From the NCBI GenBank assembly GCA_964637955.1, contig CAZWXQ010000002.1:135782-199781 (forward strand): 64,000 nucleotides of DNA. Direction: 5' to 3'. Below the pieces are notes generated by a model that was given only the letters and a program-made list of their open reading frames with translations, did no database searches and was not told the DNA's origin. This stretch comes from an uncultured Gammaproteobacteria bacterium. Its GTDB lineage: Bacteria > Patescibacteriota > Microgenomatia > Levybacterales > UBA12049. Made by a program: the position numbers and the translations under genes. How positions within the stretch are numbered: position 1 is the first letter of the stretch; each line of letters opens with the position of its first letter. Shown here one piece after another: positions 19,571 to 28,371 of the stretch.

Positions 19571-20156
19571 ACCTCGATTTTTTAATGTGTTCGTGAACAA
19601 GTGTGTTTACTCCAGGAATTAGCTGAATAAAATAAACAGATTTTTCAGCCAATATCTCAAGAGGATTAGTTTTATATTTATACTTTTTATATAAATCAGG
19701 TGCTTGTTTTTTAAGCACCTCACTAGAGCTAATCATGGTCACATCCATTCCCTCTTTTTTAAAGAGCATTTTAGAGCGAGCGAAATGTTCAGGAGTCGTC
19801 ATTACCATAAGATGTTTTAAGTTTAATTTATCTGCGATTTTCTTAACTTCCTGGGCATTTTGCACAGTGTCCTTGGAAATATCTTCAAGTATTATTTTTT
19901 CTTTTGGAAAGTCGGGGAAGTTTAAGATCAGAAAATCGCTCATGGCCTTGGCCTCAGAAGGGAAGTCGATGCCAGCCGTTTTTCCACCTGAAAAAATTAT
20001 ATGTGAGAAATTACTTGAATTAAATAATACTCCACCTGCTATTACAGAAAACTGCGCCCTGTCACTTAAAAAATGTTTGGTTTTTCTAATTCTATTTCTG
20101 GTCCAACTAATGCCGATATTTTTACCTAAAACCACTAAGCCGTCGTATTCATTCAT
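19560..20156 (-). CDS. DUF218 (YdcF/SanA/ElyC-like) domain protein
   Basis: VVLGKN...FSGGKTAG...SEAKAM...ILEDISKDTVQNA. Confidence 0.6.
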   Translation of the reverse strand: MNEYDGLVVLGKNIGISWTRNRIRKTKHFLSDRAQFSVIAGGVLFNSSNFSHIIFSGGKTAGIDFPSEAKAMSDFLILNFPDFPKEKIILEDISKDTVQNAQEVKKIADKLNLKHLMVMTTPEHFARSKMLFKKEGMDVTMISSSEVLKKQAPDLYKKYKYKTNPLEILAEKSVYFIQLIPGVNTLVHEHIKKSRSKA

Positions 20157-20189
20157 AAAATAATCTTAACACAAGTATTGAAGTGAAAA

Positions 20190-20768
20190 TTAGGGTATGG
20201 AGAGGCGGGAAATGCGAACGTTTTCAAGCATTTTCTGATATCTAATCAAATTTACAAAAGTCTCTTTTAAAACCTCAGTGATTGCATGACGCGACGCTTG
20301 AGCAGATTTCCCAAGTCTTTCGCCAAGTTCAGTGTCAGGAGAGAGACTGTGAAGATCAATTCCTGCTTCAGAAAGCAAGGTTTTTATACCGGCCTCGTCG
20401 CTATGTGCTGTGATGATGCCAACATCATCTTTTTTATGAGATTTTATAATTTTTTTGATTTCAGACATGTAATCGCTTGTTTTTTCTGTTAGATTCCCAA
20501 CTCGAATAGCATCCTGCGGAATATCGATATCTTTTAGATAATTTTTCATAAGACTTAAGCCCGACTGGGAATTGGAAAATAAAACTATCACTTTGGCAAT
20601 TCCTGCTAGAACTAGCAATCCGGCGGCAAGTGTTGTAATTCTTGTTGATGGATCAAGAACAGGGCTCTGTCCATTTAAACTTTGTGCAGTGCCAAAAACG
20701 ATCAGAGCACTTATAAGGTGAGGAGTTTCTATCTCTGGAGTATCGTGTTGGGTAAATCTTTCGAGCAT
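20190..20768 (-). CDS. Hypothetical protein (192 aa), possibly a distant DUF218-like protein
   Basis: ORF; weak resemblance only. Confidence 0.4.
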   Translation of the reverse strand: MLERFTQHDTPEIETPHLISALIVFGTAQSLNGQSPVLDPSTRITTLAAGLLVLAGIAKVIVLFSNSQSGLSLMKNYLKDIDIPQDAIRVGNLTEKTSDYMSEIKKIIKSHKKDDVGIITAHSDEAGIKTLLSEAGIDLHSLSPDTELGERLGKSAQASRHAITEVLKETFVNLIRYQKMLENVRISRLSIP

Positions 20769-20945
20769 TAATTAAAGTATACATCTTTTTCATCACTTAA
20801 TTACAATTTATCCCAAATCCTATAGTTAAGTAAGTTATTTTAAATTTGTGCTATAATTCTTTGGTTTTTAATATTGAACGTCTATTTTGCTGACGTTTCT
20901 TAATGTTAAAAACAAGCACATTAAAATTTAACAGGAAATTTAGTT

Positions 20946-20997
20946 TAGACACGGATTTTCAGGTATTGAGAATTCGATATTTGAAAGGCCGTGTCTA
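20946..20997. repeat. Inverted repeat TAGACACGG...(34 nt)...CCGTGTCTA at the left edge of the GC-rich island
   Basis: 9-bp perfect arms seen in sequence. Confidence 0.8.
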
Positions 20998-21026
20998 AAA
21001 TAACACAGCAAGTGGAGAAATTGGCG

Positions 21027-21215
21027 ATGCCAATGTCAGTAATTCCACCGTCGTGGACGAAGCGCCCCAGCGATTACGGTGATTCATCTTACGAAGAGGT
21101 GGTAGGCTACGACGAAAGTCGTTTCTGGGGACTCAACGTGTCTCTAGGTACAGTTGTCAAGGTAGCGTTCGCGGTCATCATCGCGCTCGTGCTTCTGGCA
21201 ACCTCAGGAACCTAG
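21027..21215 (+). CDS. Small protein A (62 aa) with C-terminal transmembrane helix (VVKVAFAVIIALVLLATSG)
   Basis: SD-like GGAGAAA upstream; high GC3. Confidence 0.45.
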   Translation: MPMSVIPPSWTKRPSDYGDSSYEEVVGYDESRFWGLNVSLGTVVKVAFAVIIALVLLATSGT

Positions 21216-21241
21216 TTCGAGAAGAACGGAGAGGAGAGATC

Positions 21242-21436
21242 ATGGACGAGAGAGACTTGGTTCAGGAAGCCAGAGCGAATAACTCTGACAACAGCTTCAC
21301 GAGTTCATCGCCTTGGGTGGCGCTTCTCGTGATGCTCGCGATCCTGATCATGCTCTACGGGGCATACTACTTCTTTTTTGGAGATCCAGAGCAGATCGAC
21401 GGGATCATTCGCTCGATTGCAGAGCAGATCAACTAA
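21242..21436 (+). CDS. Small membrane protein B (64 aa; PWVALLVMLAILIMLYGAYYFFF)
   Basis: Strong SD GGAGAGGAG 6 nt upstream; high GC3. Confidence 0.55.
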   Translation: MDERDLVQEARANNSDNSFTSSSPWVALLVMLAILIMLYGAYYFFFGDPEQIDGIIRSIAEQIN

Positions 21437-21447
21437 GGAGGTTCGAG

Positions 21448-21684
21448 ATGCGACAGTATTGGTCCAAGATCGAGGACGAAGAGGGCGAGGTGTACAATGC
21501 CTCCCATCTGCTCCTGGAAGTGCTCGGGTCGATCGTGGCGATCATCGTCACCTTCGTGTTCATCATGCCCGGTTGGGTGTGGAACGCCGCTCTCGAGCCT
21601 GTGCTCAAGGGAGTTCGGCTCATCCAGGCTGACATCTACGAGGGTCGCAATCAAGCGAGTCTCGAGTCAGAGAACGGTTCCTGA
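21448..21684 (+). CDS. Small membrane protein C (78 aa; LGSIVAIIVTFVFIMPGWVW)
   Basis: AAGGAGG SD 7 nt upstream; GC3 about 80%. Confidence 0.55.
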   Translation: MRQYWSKIEDEEGEVYNASHLLLEVLGSIVAIIVTFVFIMPGWVWNAALEPVLKGVRLIQADIYEGRNQASLESENGS

Positions 21685-21727
21685 TCGTCAGGAAGCAGCC
21701 GGCCAAAAGCCGAGAAAGGGCAGTCAA

Positions 21728-21832
21728 ATGTTCAAGACCGGGTTCAAGTGGCTCGTGGCAATCACCGCAGTGGTGACCTCCATCGGAGTCGCAGTCGCGA
21801 CCTGGTACGAGAAGCATGGTTACAAGAGGTAA
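21728..21832 (+). CDS. Small membrane peptide D (34 aa; FKWLVAITAVVTSIGVAVATW)
   Basis: GAAAGGG upstream; in tandem with C and E. Confidence 0.4.
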   Translation: MFKTGFKWLVAITAVVTSIGVAVATWYEKHGYKR

Positions 21833-21834
21833 TC

Positions 21835-21972
21835 ATGAACCGAACTGTTTGTTCGCGCGCTTCGCCCTTGTTGGTGATATTCCTGTTTAATGGAGCCTGC
21901 GGAAGGAAGCTTCTGTCAATCATCTGGCCGATGGCGGTTGGAATGGTATGCAGAAATTGCAGATCTCCGTAG
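21835..21972 (+). CDS. Small Cys-containing hydrophobic peptide E (45 aa)
   Basis: AGAGG SD. Starts 3 nt after the stop of D. Confidence 0.35.
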   Translation: MNRTVCSRASPLLVIFLFNGACGRKLLSIIWPMAVGMVCRNCRSP

Positions 21973-22165
21973 CAGGGGAACAAGGGATACATTGCGGTGT
22001 CTGTAGTGTTGGTTTTTACCAACGCACACGCGATATTTCGCACCCACTTTCTTCTTTTGTTCCTATTTCTAAGTTATTAAATTGTATTGATAATTTAGGA
22101 ATAAATACTATGAATAATTATCCGTTGTTTCTAGCCACGATGTATGTTAAAATTAGATTCACAAT

Positions 22166-22438
22166 ATGATATATAATTTAACATTAGTTTTAAGATCAAG
22201 TCTCAAAGAAGATCAGAGAAAAAAGCTTATCGATGGAGTAAAGGACTCTTTTGGTAAAGCAAAAATTACTGAAAAAGAAATAGGACAAAAGCCACTAGCT
22301 TATCCTATTGATAAAGAAGTTTCTGGATATTTTGTGTCAATGGTAGCAGAGCCAGAAGAGGTAATTTCAAAAGATTTCGAAAAAAAGTTATTTTCAAACG
22401 ACAACATCTTAAGACATTTATTTTTAAGAACAAAATAA
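22166..22438 (+). CDS. rpsF: 30S ribosomal protein S6
   Basis: MIYNLTLVLR...GQKPLAYPI...GYFVSM pattern. Sits in the rpsF-ssb-rpsR order. Confidence 0.75.
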   Translation: MIYNLTLVLRSSLKEDQRKKLIDGVKDSFGKAKITEKEIGQKPLAYPIDKEVSGYFVSMVAEPEEVISKDFEKKLFSNDNILRHLFLRTK

Positions 22439-22513
22439 ATTTCGATATACCATGTACGATTTATCATTTTCGTAAATGGACAATTATAGATAATAAATGG
22501 TAAATATTAATTT

Positions 22514-23050
22514 ATGGCAAGATCATTAAACAGAGTGCAGCTCATCGGAAATCTAACAAGAGATCCAGAGCTAAGATATACCCCGCAGGGTACAGCTGTT
22601 TGCTCATTTAGTATTGCCACAAATAGATCTTGGACGACAGATGCAGGCGAGAAGAAAGACGAAGCTGACTTTCATAGAATAGTCGCTTGGAATAAACTCG
22701 CAGAACTTTGTAGTCAGTTTTTAACTAAAGGAAGAAAAGTTTATGTAGAAGGTAGGCTTTCTACTAGAAACTGGCAAGCCCAGGATGGAGCACAGAGAAG
22801 TACAACTGAAGTAATAATTTCAGATATGATACTTCTTGACTCAGCAGGTGGTAGATCAAGAGAAGATGAATCACCTGAAGAGCCAATGGGAGAAGAGGGA
22901 GAGGCAGAAGCTCTAAAGAATCCTTCATCAGCAAAAGCAGATGCAGGACAAAGAGAATCTAAATCTAAAAAAGAAAGTAAAAAGAAAGAGGAGCCGGAAT
23001 CAGAGGAGGCACCAGCTGAAGAAGTTGCACCCGATGATATACCATTCTAG
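22514..23050 (+). CDS. ssb: Single-stranded DNA-binding protein
   Basis: OB-fold N-terminal region (NRVQLIGNLTRDPELRYTP), acidic tail ending DDIPF. Confidence 0.85.
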   Translation: MARSLNRVQLIGNLTRDPELRYTPQGTAVCSFSIATNRSWTTDAGEKKDEADFHRIVAWNKLAELCSQFLTKGRKVYVEGRLSTRNWQAQDGAQRSTTEVIISDMILLDSAGGRSREDESPEEPMGEEGEAEALKNPSSAKADAGQRESKSKKESKKKEEPESEEAPAEEVAPDDIPF

Positions 23051-23137
23051 AAATATTGACAATTTACCATTGATGATTGATCAATTGATAGTCGGAAATA
23101 GTAAATTATAAATAATAAATAGTAAATTTTTAAAATT

Positions 23138-23383
23138 ATGGCAAGAGATAGAAGACCAAAAAAGAGAATAATGAAAGGAGTCCCAAAGGACTGTTATTTC
23201 TGTGTTGAGAAAAAAGAACCAACATTTGAAGATACAGCGGTTCTTCAAAGATTTCTTACAGAAAGAAGTAAAATTATTCCAAGAAGTAGAAACGGATTAT
23301 GCGCAAAACATCAAAATGCTTTGGCTTTGAATACAAAATACGCAAGACATTTAGCGCTTCTTCCATTTGTAGTCCGAAGTTAG
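23138..23383 (+). CDS. rpsR: 30S ribosomal protein S18
   Basis: CYFC...RFLTERSKIIPRSRNGLCAKHQ...ARHLALLPF. Confidence 0.8.
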   Translation: MARDRRPKKRIMKGVPKDCYFCVEKKEPTFEDTAVLQRFLTERSKIIPRSRNGLCAKHQNALALNTKYARHLALLPFVVRS

Positions 23384-23499
23384 CTCCATACATTGTCATC
23401 TTGAACTTGTTTTAGGATCTTTAAAATATTTTTCTTCTGTTCTTTTCTCCGAGAAAAGAACGAAAAGCTCTCGTCAAGTCTAGATTTGTGCTTTTAATT

Positions 23500-23565
23500 A
23501 TTCGTTCATTTATCGGGGGATTTCACCCCTTCCTCGACAAGTTTGCGAGGAATCCCCCTGATGCA
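23500..23565 (+). ncRNA. GC-rich nested stem-loop element in the rpsR-ctpA intergenic region (candidate structured RNA or terminator-like element)
   Basis: GGGGGAUU...AAUCCCCC encloses CCUCG-ACAAGUUUG-CGAGG. GC-rich in an AT-rich spacer. Confidence 0.25.
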
Positions 23566-23711
23566 TTCACTCCTACTTTCATGCACAAATCTGCGAAATT
23601 GACGAAAAATTAATTCTATATTTTTAAACATAAATACTGCATGGCCTATCGAATTTGATGCATTTCTAACCGGTTGTTAAAGTTTGAAAGTTTCTCTATA
23701 ATAGATTCTTA

Positions 23712-24968
23712 ATGCGAAAATCTCCTCGAATTCAAGTTTTTATCCTCATAATTATTGCTGGTTTGGTCGGATATTATATAGGTGTAAATAAAGTTAATTT
23801 TGAGTGGAAAAAGTTTCATCCAAAAATTACAGTAACGAGTAAAGCTCCGCCTCCAGAAATGAAAACTGCAGATTTTGCCCAGTTTTGGACTGTCTGGCAA
23901 AAACTTGAATCAGATTATTATGACAAGACCAAGCTCGATCCTCAAAAAATGGTAAATGGAGCTATTATGGGCATGGTAAATAGCTTGGGAGATCCATTTA
24001 CAGTTTATCTTCCACCAGTTCAAAATGATAATTTTAAGTCTGGGCTTGCTGGCCAATTCCAAGGAATTGGCGCTGAGCTGGGTACAAAAGACAGCCAGGT
24101 GATAGTTATAGCTCCAATCACAGGAGGTCCTGCAGAAAAGGCTGGTATTAAAGCTGGAGATATAATTCTTGCGGTTGATGGAAAATCCATAGCAAATTGG
24201 ACCATAAATCAGGCTGTAGAGAAAATTAGAGGACCTAAAGGTACAAGTGTGACTCTTACGTTGGGTCAAAAAGACAAGGAGCCAAGAGATGTAAAGATTG
24301 TTCGCGATGTTATAACCGTGAAGAGTCTTGAGGCAGGTATTAAAAAAGTTAAAGATCTAAACGGAGTAAAGTTAGATAAATCACTTGATAATCAAGAAGT
24401 AATTTATGCAAGACTTTCTCAGTTCGGAGATAACACAAATGATGAATGGCTTGATCAAATTAATAAGGTGAGTATCGCCATGAATACAAATAAAAATGTA
24501 AAAGGAGTAATCTTTGATCTTAGAAATAATCCAGGCGGATATCTTACAGATGCTGTATTTATTGCCTCAGAATTCCTTCAGGAAGGTCAGCCAGTAGTTA
24601 TGCAAGAAGAAGGCGGACAAAGAACAGTTTTAAAGGCTAATAGAAAAGGACTTCTTCAAGATATGCCCGTTATTATCTTAGTAAATAAAGGTTCTGCATC
24701 AGCAAGTGAAATTGTGACTGGTGCTTTAAGGGATCACAATAGAGCCACGGTAGTAGGAGATACTTCTTTTGGAAAAGGTACTATTCAGCAGGCAGAGGAC
24801 CTTGGTGGAGGTGCTGGTCTTCACGTAACAATAGCAAAATGGCTAACTCCGAATGGCACATGGGTACATGAAAAAGGAATTGAGCCAGACATTAAAGTAG
24901 CTCTTGATCCAAAGCAGCCTGAGCGAGACCTTCAGCTTGAAAAAGCAGTTGCGGAATTGTTAAAATAA
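23712..24968 (+). CDS. ctpA: S41-family carboxy-terminal processing peptidase
   Basis: N-terminal TM, PDZ (GIKAGDIILAVDGKS), S41 core (DLRNNPGGYL...GSASASEIVTGAL...GKGT). Confidence 0.8.
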   Translation: MRKSPRIQVFILIIIAGLVGYYIGVNKVNFEWKKFHPKITVTSKAPPPEMKTADFAQFWTVWQKLESDYYDKTKLDPQKMVNGAIMGMVNSLGDPFTVYLPPVQNDNFKSGLAGQFQGIGAELGTKDSQVIVIAPITGGPAEKAGIKAGDIILAVDGKSIANWTINQAVEKIRGPKGTSVTLTLGQKDKEPRDVKIVRDVITVKSLEAGIKKVKDLNGVKLDKSLDNQEVIYARLSQFGDNTNDEWLDQINKVSIAMNTNKNVKGVIFDLRNNPGGYLTDAVFIASEFLQEGQPVVMQEEGGQRTVLKANRKGLLQDMPVIILVNKGSASASEIVTGALRDHNRATVVGDTSFGKGTIQQAEDLGGGAGLHVTIAKWLTPNGTWVHEKGIEPDIKVALDPKQPERDLQLEKAVAELLK

Positions 24969-25065
24969 CTTCAAATATTCGGCTTGAGTAAATTGACGCC
25001 AGATATTTTCAAATAAAATTCAGAAATAATTAAGAATTCTCGTTTATACTTAAACGACATTAGCT

Positions 25066-26202
25066 ATGAAGAGATTACTTCTTATTGCAGCCATTTTAAT
25101 ATTTCTATTAGGTGGATTATATTTTTTATCTGAGAAGTTTTCTTTTAGTATTGCTCCAAAAAATACTACTGAAAATGTAATTAATAATGAAAAAGTAAAA
25201 GTTCTTACTGAAGAATCAGTAGTAACTAATGCCGTAGAAAAAGTGGGACCAAGCGTAGTTACTATAGTAGAAACTTTTCCTCAGGGCTCAAAGGTTTCGC
25301 AAGAAAATAATCCATTCTCAATTTTTGGTTTCGACCAGGCACCTGAACAAAGCAATGAGCCTCAAAGTATAGGATCTGGATTCGTAGTTAGTAATGATGG
25401 CTTGATAGTTACAAATAAGCATGTGGTTTCAGATACAGGAGTTAAGTACTCGATTCTAACCAGCAGTGATAAAAAGTATGAAGTAGAAAAAATTTATAAA
25501 GATCCTTTAAACGATGTTGCCATCCTTAAGGTAAATACAACTGAACTAAAGCCAGTCACTCTTGGGAATTCAGATAATCTAAAAGTAGGGCAGTTCGTAA
25601 TAGCTATTGGTTCAGCTCTTGGAGAATTTAGAAATTCTGTGACGACAGGAGTAATTTCAGGCCTGGGACGAGGAATTACAGCAGGAAGTCAGTTTCAAGG
25701 ATTTGCAGAAAAACTTGATAATGTTATTCAAACAGATGCAGCTATAAATCCAGGAAATTCAGGAGGGCCGCTTCTAAATTCTTCCTCACAAGTAATCGGA
25801 GTAAATACAGCGGTTTCTGCTGAAGGTCAAAACATAGGATTTGCACTTCCAATAAATGTTATTAAGCAGTCTCTTGATAATTTTAATAAAACCGGACAGT
25901 TTAACCGTCCATTTATAGGAGTTTCTTATGTGATTCTTACGCCTGATGTAGCTTCGGTAAATGAGTTAGTAGCCGGAGCATATATTGATACTGTTGTGCC
26001 TGGTTCTCCTGCAGAAAAAGCAGGTCTTGAAAAAGGCGATATAATAGTTACGGTTAACGGAAAGAAGATTGAGAAAGATAAATTTGAACTTTCTCACGCA
26101 ATATCAGAGAATAAGATAGGGGATGAGATAATACTTAAAGTTTGGCGCGATGGGAAGGTTCAGGACATCAAAGTCACTTTAGGAGAAACGCCTCAAGAAT
26201 AA
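25066..26202 (+). CDS. htrA: HtrA/DegP-family trypsin-like serine protease with PDZ domain
   Basis: GSGFVVS...TNKHVV, D...AILKV, GNSGGPLLN catalytic triad context. C-terminal PDZ (AGLEKGDIIVTVNGKKI). Confidence 0.8.
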   Translation: MKRLLLIAAILIFLLGGLYFLSEKFSFSIAPKNTTENVINNEKVKVLTEESVVTNAVEKVGPSVVTIVETFPQGSKVSQENNPFSIFGFDQAPEQSNEPQSIGSGFVVSNDGLIVTNKHVVSDTGVKYSILTSSDKKYEVEKIYKDPLNDVAILKVNTTELKPVTLGNSDNLKVGQFVIAIGSALGEFRNSVTTGVISGLGRGITAGSQFQGFAEKLDNVIQTDAAINPGNSGGPLLNSSSQVIGVNTAVSAEGQNIGFALPINVIKQSLDNFNKTGQFNRPFIGVSYVILTPDVASVNELVAGAYIDTVVPGSPAEKAGLEKGDIIVTVNGKKIEKDKFELSHAISENKIGDEIILKVWRDGKVQDIKVTLGETPQE

Positions 26203-26204
26203 TG

Positions 26205-27140
26205 TTACTTCAAAAAAACGTATTGCTTAAAGATTATTGTAATTATCAGATCGGTGGCCCTGCAGAATACTTTTATGAATTCAAGTCAGTTGTTGATCTT
26301 ATTGAATGTCTTGGTGAATACGCAGAAATTAATCCTGAATTAAAAAATATTTTTATTCTAGGAAGCGGAACGAATATATTATTTAGCGATAAAGGTTATA
26401 GAGGCTTAGTGTTAAAAAATTCATTGATGGGAATAGAAAGAGAAGATTTGATTTTGGAAGCGGCGTCTGGAATTTTATTTGACGAATTAATCAACTATGC
26501 GATCTTAAAGCATATGTCAGGTCTCGAATGGGCTGGAGGACTTCCAGGAACAGTTGGAGGTGCTGTGAGAGGTAATGCTGGGGCATATGGCGGTGAGACA
26601 AAAGATACATTAGTTGAAGTAAAAAGTATAAATATTAAAACATTTGAAATAAAAACGAGAACTAATGCCGAATGTAATTTTACATACAGGCAAAGTATTT
26701 TTAAAAGAGGGGAAGGGGAAGATGAAATTATCTTGTCAGCTAAATTTAAATTTGAATATTCTGACATGGATACTATCAAAGCAAATACCCAGAAAAATAT
26801 AGATCATAGAATAGATAGGCACCCACTAGAATATCCTAATGTTGGAAGTATTTTTAAAAACGTACCTGTGGAAAAAGTTTCACCTCAAGTTCTAGAAGAA
26901 TTCGCGGCAAATATAAAATTTGATCCATTTCGTGTGTTGCCGGTAGCCAAACTTATTGTCTCATGTGGTCTTGTAGGGAAGCAAATAGGAGGAGCCCAAA
27001 TTTCCACGAAGCATCCAAACTTCATAGTGAATCTAGGAAATTCTTCATCTCAAGACGTTTTAGATCTCATAGATTTAGTAAAGAAAGAAGTGAAGAAAAA
27101 ATTTGAAATAGATCTCGAAGAAGAAGTAATGATCGTATAA
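26205..27140 (+). CDS. murB: UDP-N-acetylenolpyruvoylglucosamine reductase
   Basis: NYQIGGPAEYF...ILGSGTNILFSDKGYRGLVL FAD-binding signature. ATG at 26205 right after the htrA stop is preferred over the 26142 overlap. Confidence 0.75.
   Translation, partial: LLQKNVLLKDYCNYQIGGPAEYFYEFKSVVDLIECLGEYAEINPELKNIFILGSGTNILFSDKGYRGLVLKNSLMGIEREDLILEAASGILFDELINYAILKHMSGLEWAGGLPGTVGGAVRGNAGAYGGETKDTLVEVKSINIKTFEIKTRTNAECNFTYRQSIFKRGEGEDEIILSAKFKFEYSDMDTIKANTQKNIDHRIDRHPLEYPNVGSIFKNVPVEKVSPQVLEEFAANIKFDPFRVLPVAKLIVSCGLVGKQIGGAQISTKHPNFIVNLGNSSSQDVLDLIDLVKKEVKKKFEIDLEEEVMIV
27097..27140 (+). repeat. Direct repeat R1 copy 1 (the last 44 bp of murB). Copy 2 is at 27748-27791 (41/44).
   Basis: AAAAAATTTGAAATAGATCT(C/T)GAAGAAGAAGTAATGAT(C/T)GTATA(A/G) appears twice. 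Confidence 0.9.
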
Positions 27141-27171
27141 AATAGCCTCGTTTTTGCTATAATCTTTTGCT

Positions 27172-27699
27172 ATGAGTGAATTAATTGGCTCACGTCCAGA
27201 AGGAATAAGCTTTTACAAGCCTGGAGACGAGATTACGCTTTTTGGGGGAGATTTAAAAAATAATAGATCATTTGTAAGCGAGAATGTTCACGTGGGGGAT
27301 TTAGGCATAGCATGGCTTATTGGAAACGAAATTGAAGATGTTAATTTTAAAGATTTTGCTCAAGGATTTTTGCCTGACGGAAATGAACCACAAATTAGAC
27401 TCATAAGAGATTTTGAGCAGGTAGGCATATATCAGTTGTTACTTTTCCTAGATAGAATTCCTGATAATATGCATATTGAGTCTTTAGTAGTGCTACCAAA
27501 TGGCAAATGGTGTGAAGCACATGTTTCTCAACCGCTCCCCCCTACGCTTCCTGGCAATTTTAATGTATATAACGCTTGGGGAGTAGATGATCAAGGAAAA
27601 CCTCTTTATCTCTTGGCACGTCCAGATACAGATTTATTAAGCCAATATAAATTTTCGTTTAAAATGAGATTAGAATCGAGCCAAGGACTAACAGCTTAA
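27172..27699 (+). CDS. Hypothetical protein (175 aa) bracketed by R1 copies
   Basis: ORF; TATAAT promoter-like box at about 27150. Confidence 0.5.
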   Translation: MSELIGSRPEGISFYKPGDEITLFGGDLKNNRSFVSENVHVGDLGIAWLIGNEIEDVNFKDFAQGFLPDGNEPQIRLIRDFEQVGIYQLLLFLDRIPDNMHIESLVVLPNGKWCEAHVSQPLPPTLPGNFNVYNAWGVDDQGKPLYLLARPDTDLLSQYKFSFKMRLESSQGLTA

Positions 27700-27719
27700 A
27701 AAAACGAGTCTACTGGAAG

Positions 27720-27744
27720 ACTTGATACTTCATTTTAAATCCCA
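27720..27744 (+). repeat. Direct repeat R2 copy 1 (25 bp ACTTGATACTTCATTTTAAATCCCA). Copy 2 is at 28336-28360, perfect.
   Basis: Seen in sequence. Confidence 0.9.
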
Positions 27745-27747
27745 ATA

Positions 27748-27791
27748 AAAAAATTTGAAATAGATCTTGAAGAAGAAGTAATGATTGTATA
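27748..27791 (+). repeat. R1 copy 2 (relic murB 3' end encoding KFEIDLEEEVMIV*)
   Basis: Sequence identity to 27097-27140. Confidence 0.9.
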
Positions 27792-27828
27792 GTGTTATTT
27801 ATTCAAAATTTCCCCTAAACTTTAGAGG

Positions 27829-28287
27829 TTAGATTTTCTCTGCAAATACTAAATACAAAAATATTAGAAATGCAATAATAACAAAGATAAATGAACTGCT
27901 AATTACACTAAATTCACTAATTATTACTCCTCTTTCTCTAGTTTTTTGAATTTGACGATTCGAAATTAATCCACTTATAAATGAAAGTAGTGGGCAAATA
28001 AATATAAATAAAATAAATGCAGCTAAATAGAGAGGTGTTCCGTCTAAAATAAATGGAAAATGAATACGAATAAAGTTTATATTAAATGCATAAATACATA
28101 TATATATAATATAAATTAAAGACATCAGAAGCATAATCCCTGAAAAAATAGATAACTTATTCCATTTGGGATTTTTTTCAGGTGCTATTTCTAGAACAGG
28201 AGTCTGAATAAGTTCATTTTGATCTGCTTGAGAAATGGAAGGGGGAAGTGCAGCTTCTGGTATTTGAGTAATTTCTTGCATATACAT
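27829..28287 (-). CDS. Hypothetical integral membrane protein (152 aa, about 3 TM) bracketed by R2 copies
   Basis: Hydrophobic stretches; ORF. Confidence 0.5.
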   Translation of the reverse strand: MYMQEITQIPEAALPPSISQADQNELIQTPVLEIAPEKNPKWNKLSIFSGIMLLMSLIYIIYICIYAFNINFIRIHFPFILDGTPLYLAAFILFIFICPLLSFISGLISNRQIQKTRERGVIISEFSVISSSFIFVIIAFLIFLYLVFAEKI

Positions 28288-28335
28288 TTATACTGATAAG
28301 TTCTCTTAACATTGTCAATAAACAGTCATATTATA

Positions 28336-28360
28336 CTTGATACTTCATTTTAAATCCCAC
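28336..28360 (+). repeat. R2 copy 2
   Basis: Perfect 25-bp match to 27720-27744. Confidence 0.9.
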
Positions 28361-28371
28361 ATACTAAATAT

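Larger units (their letters stand above)
21000..22050 (+). other. GC-rich (roughly 55-60% GC) island, compositionally foreign to the flanking AT-rich DNA
   Basis: Third codon positions in the embedded ORFs are about 70-80% G/C, versus A/T-rich third positions everywhere else. Confidence 0.85.

Noticed and set aside
19735-20163. 142-aa plus-strand ORF
   Set aside because: It is antisense to the DUF218 gene at 19560-20156. It has no SD and atypical composition.
21313-22043. Overlapping ORFs on both strands inside the GC-rich island (e.g. 21378-21632+, 21429-21635-, 21433-21654-, 21620-21817-, 21762-22043-, the long form of 21497-21832+)
   Set aside because: High-GC DNA has few stop codons, so long spurious ORFs appear in all frames. 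Only the frame with SD-preceded ATGs and strong GC3 bias is called.
23490-23570. Possible SRP RNA / 4.5S or tmRNA in the rpsR-ctpA spacer
   Set aside because: It lacks the conserved SRP domain IV motif (GGAAGGAAGCAGC-like) and has no tRNA-like end. It is reported only as a generic structured element.
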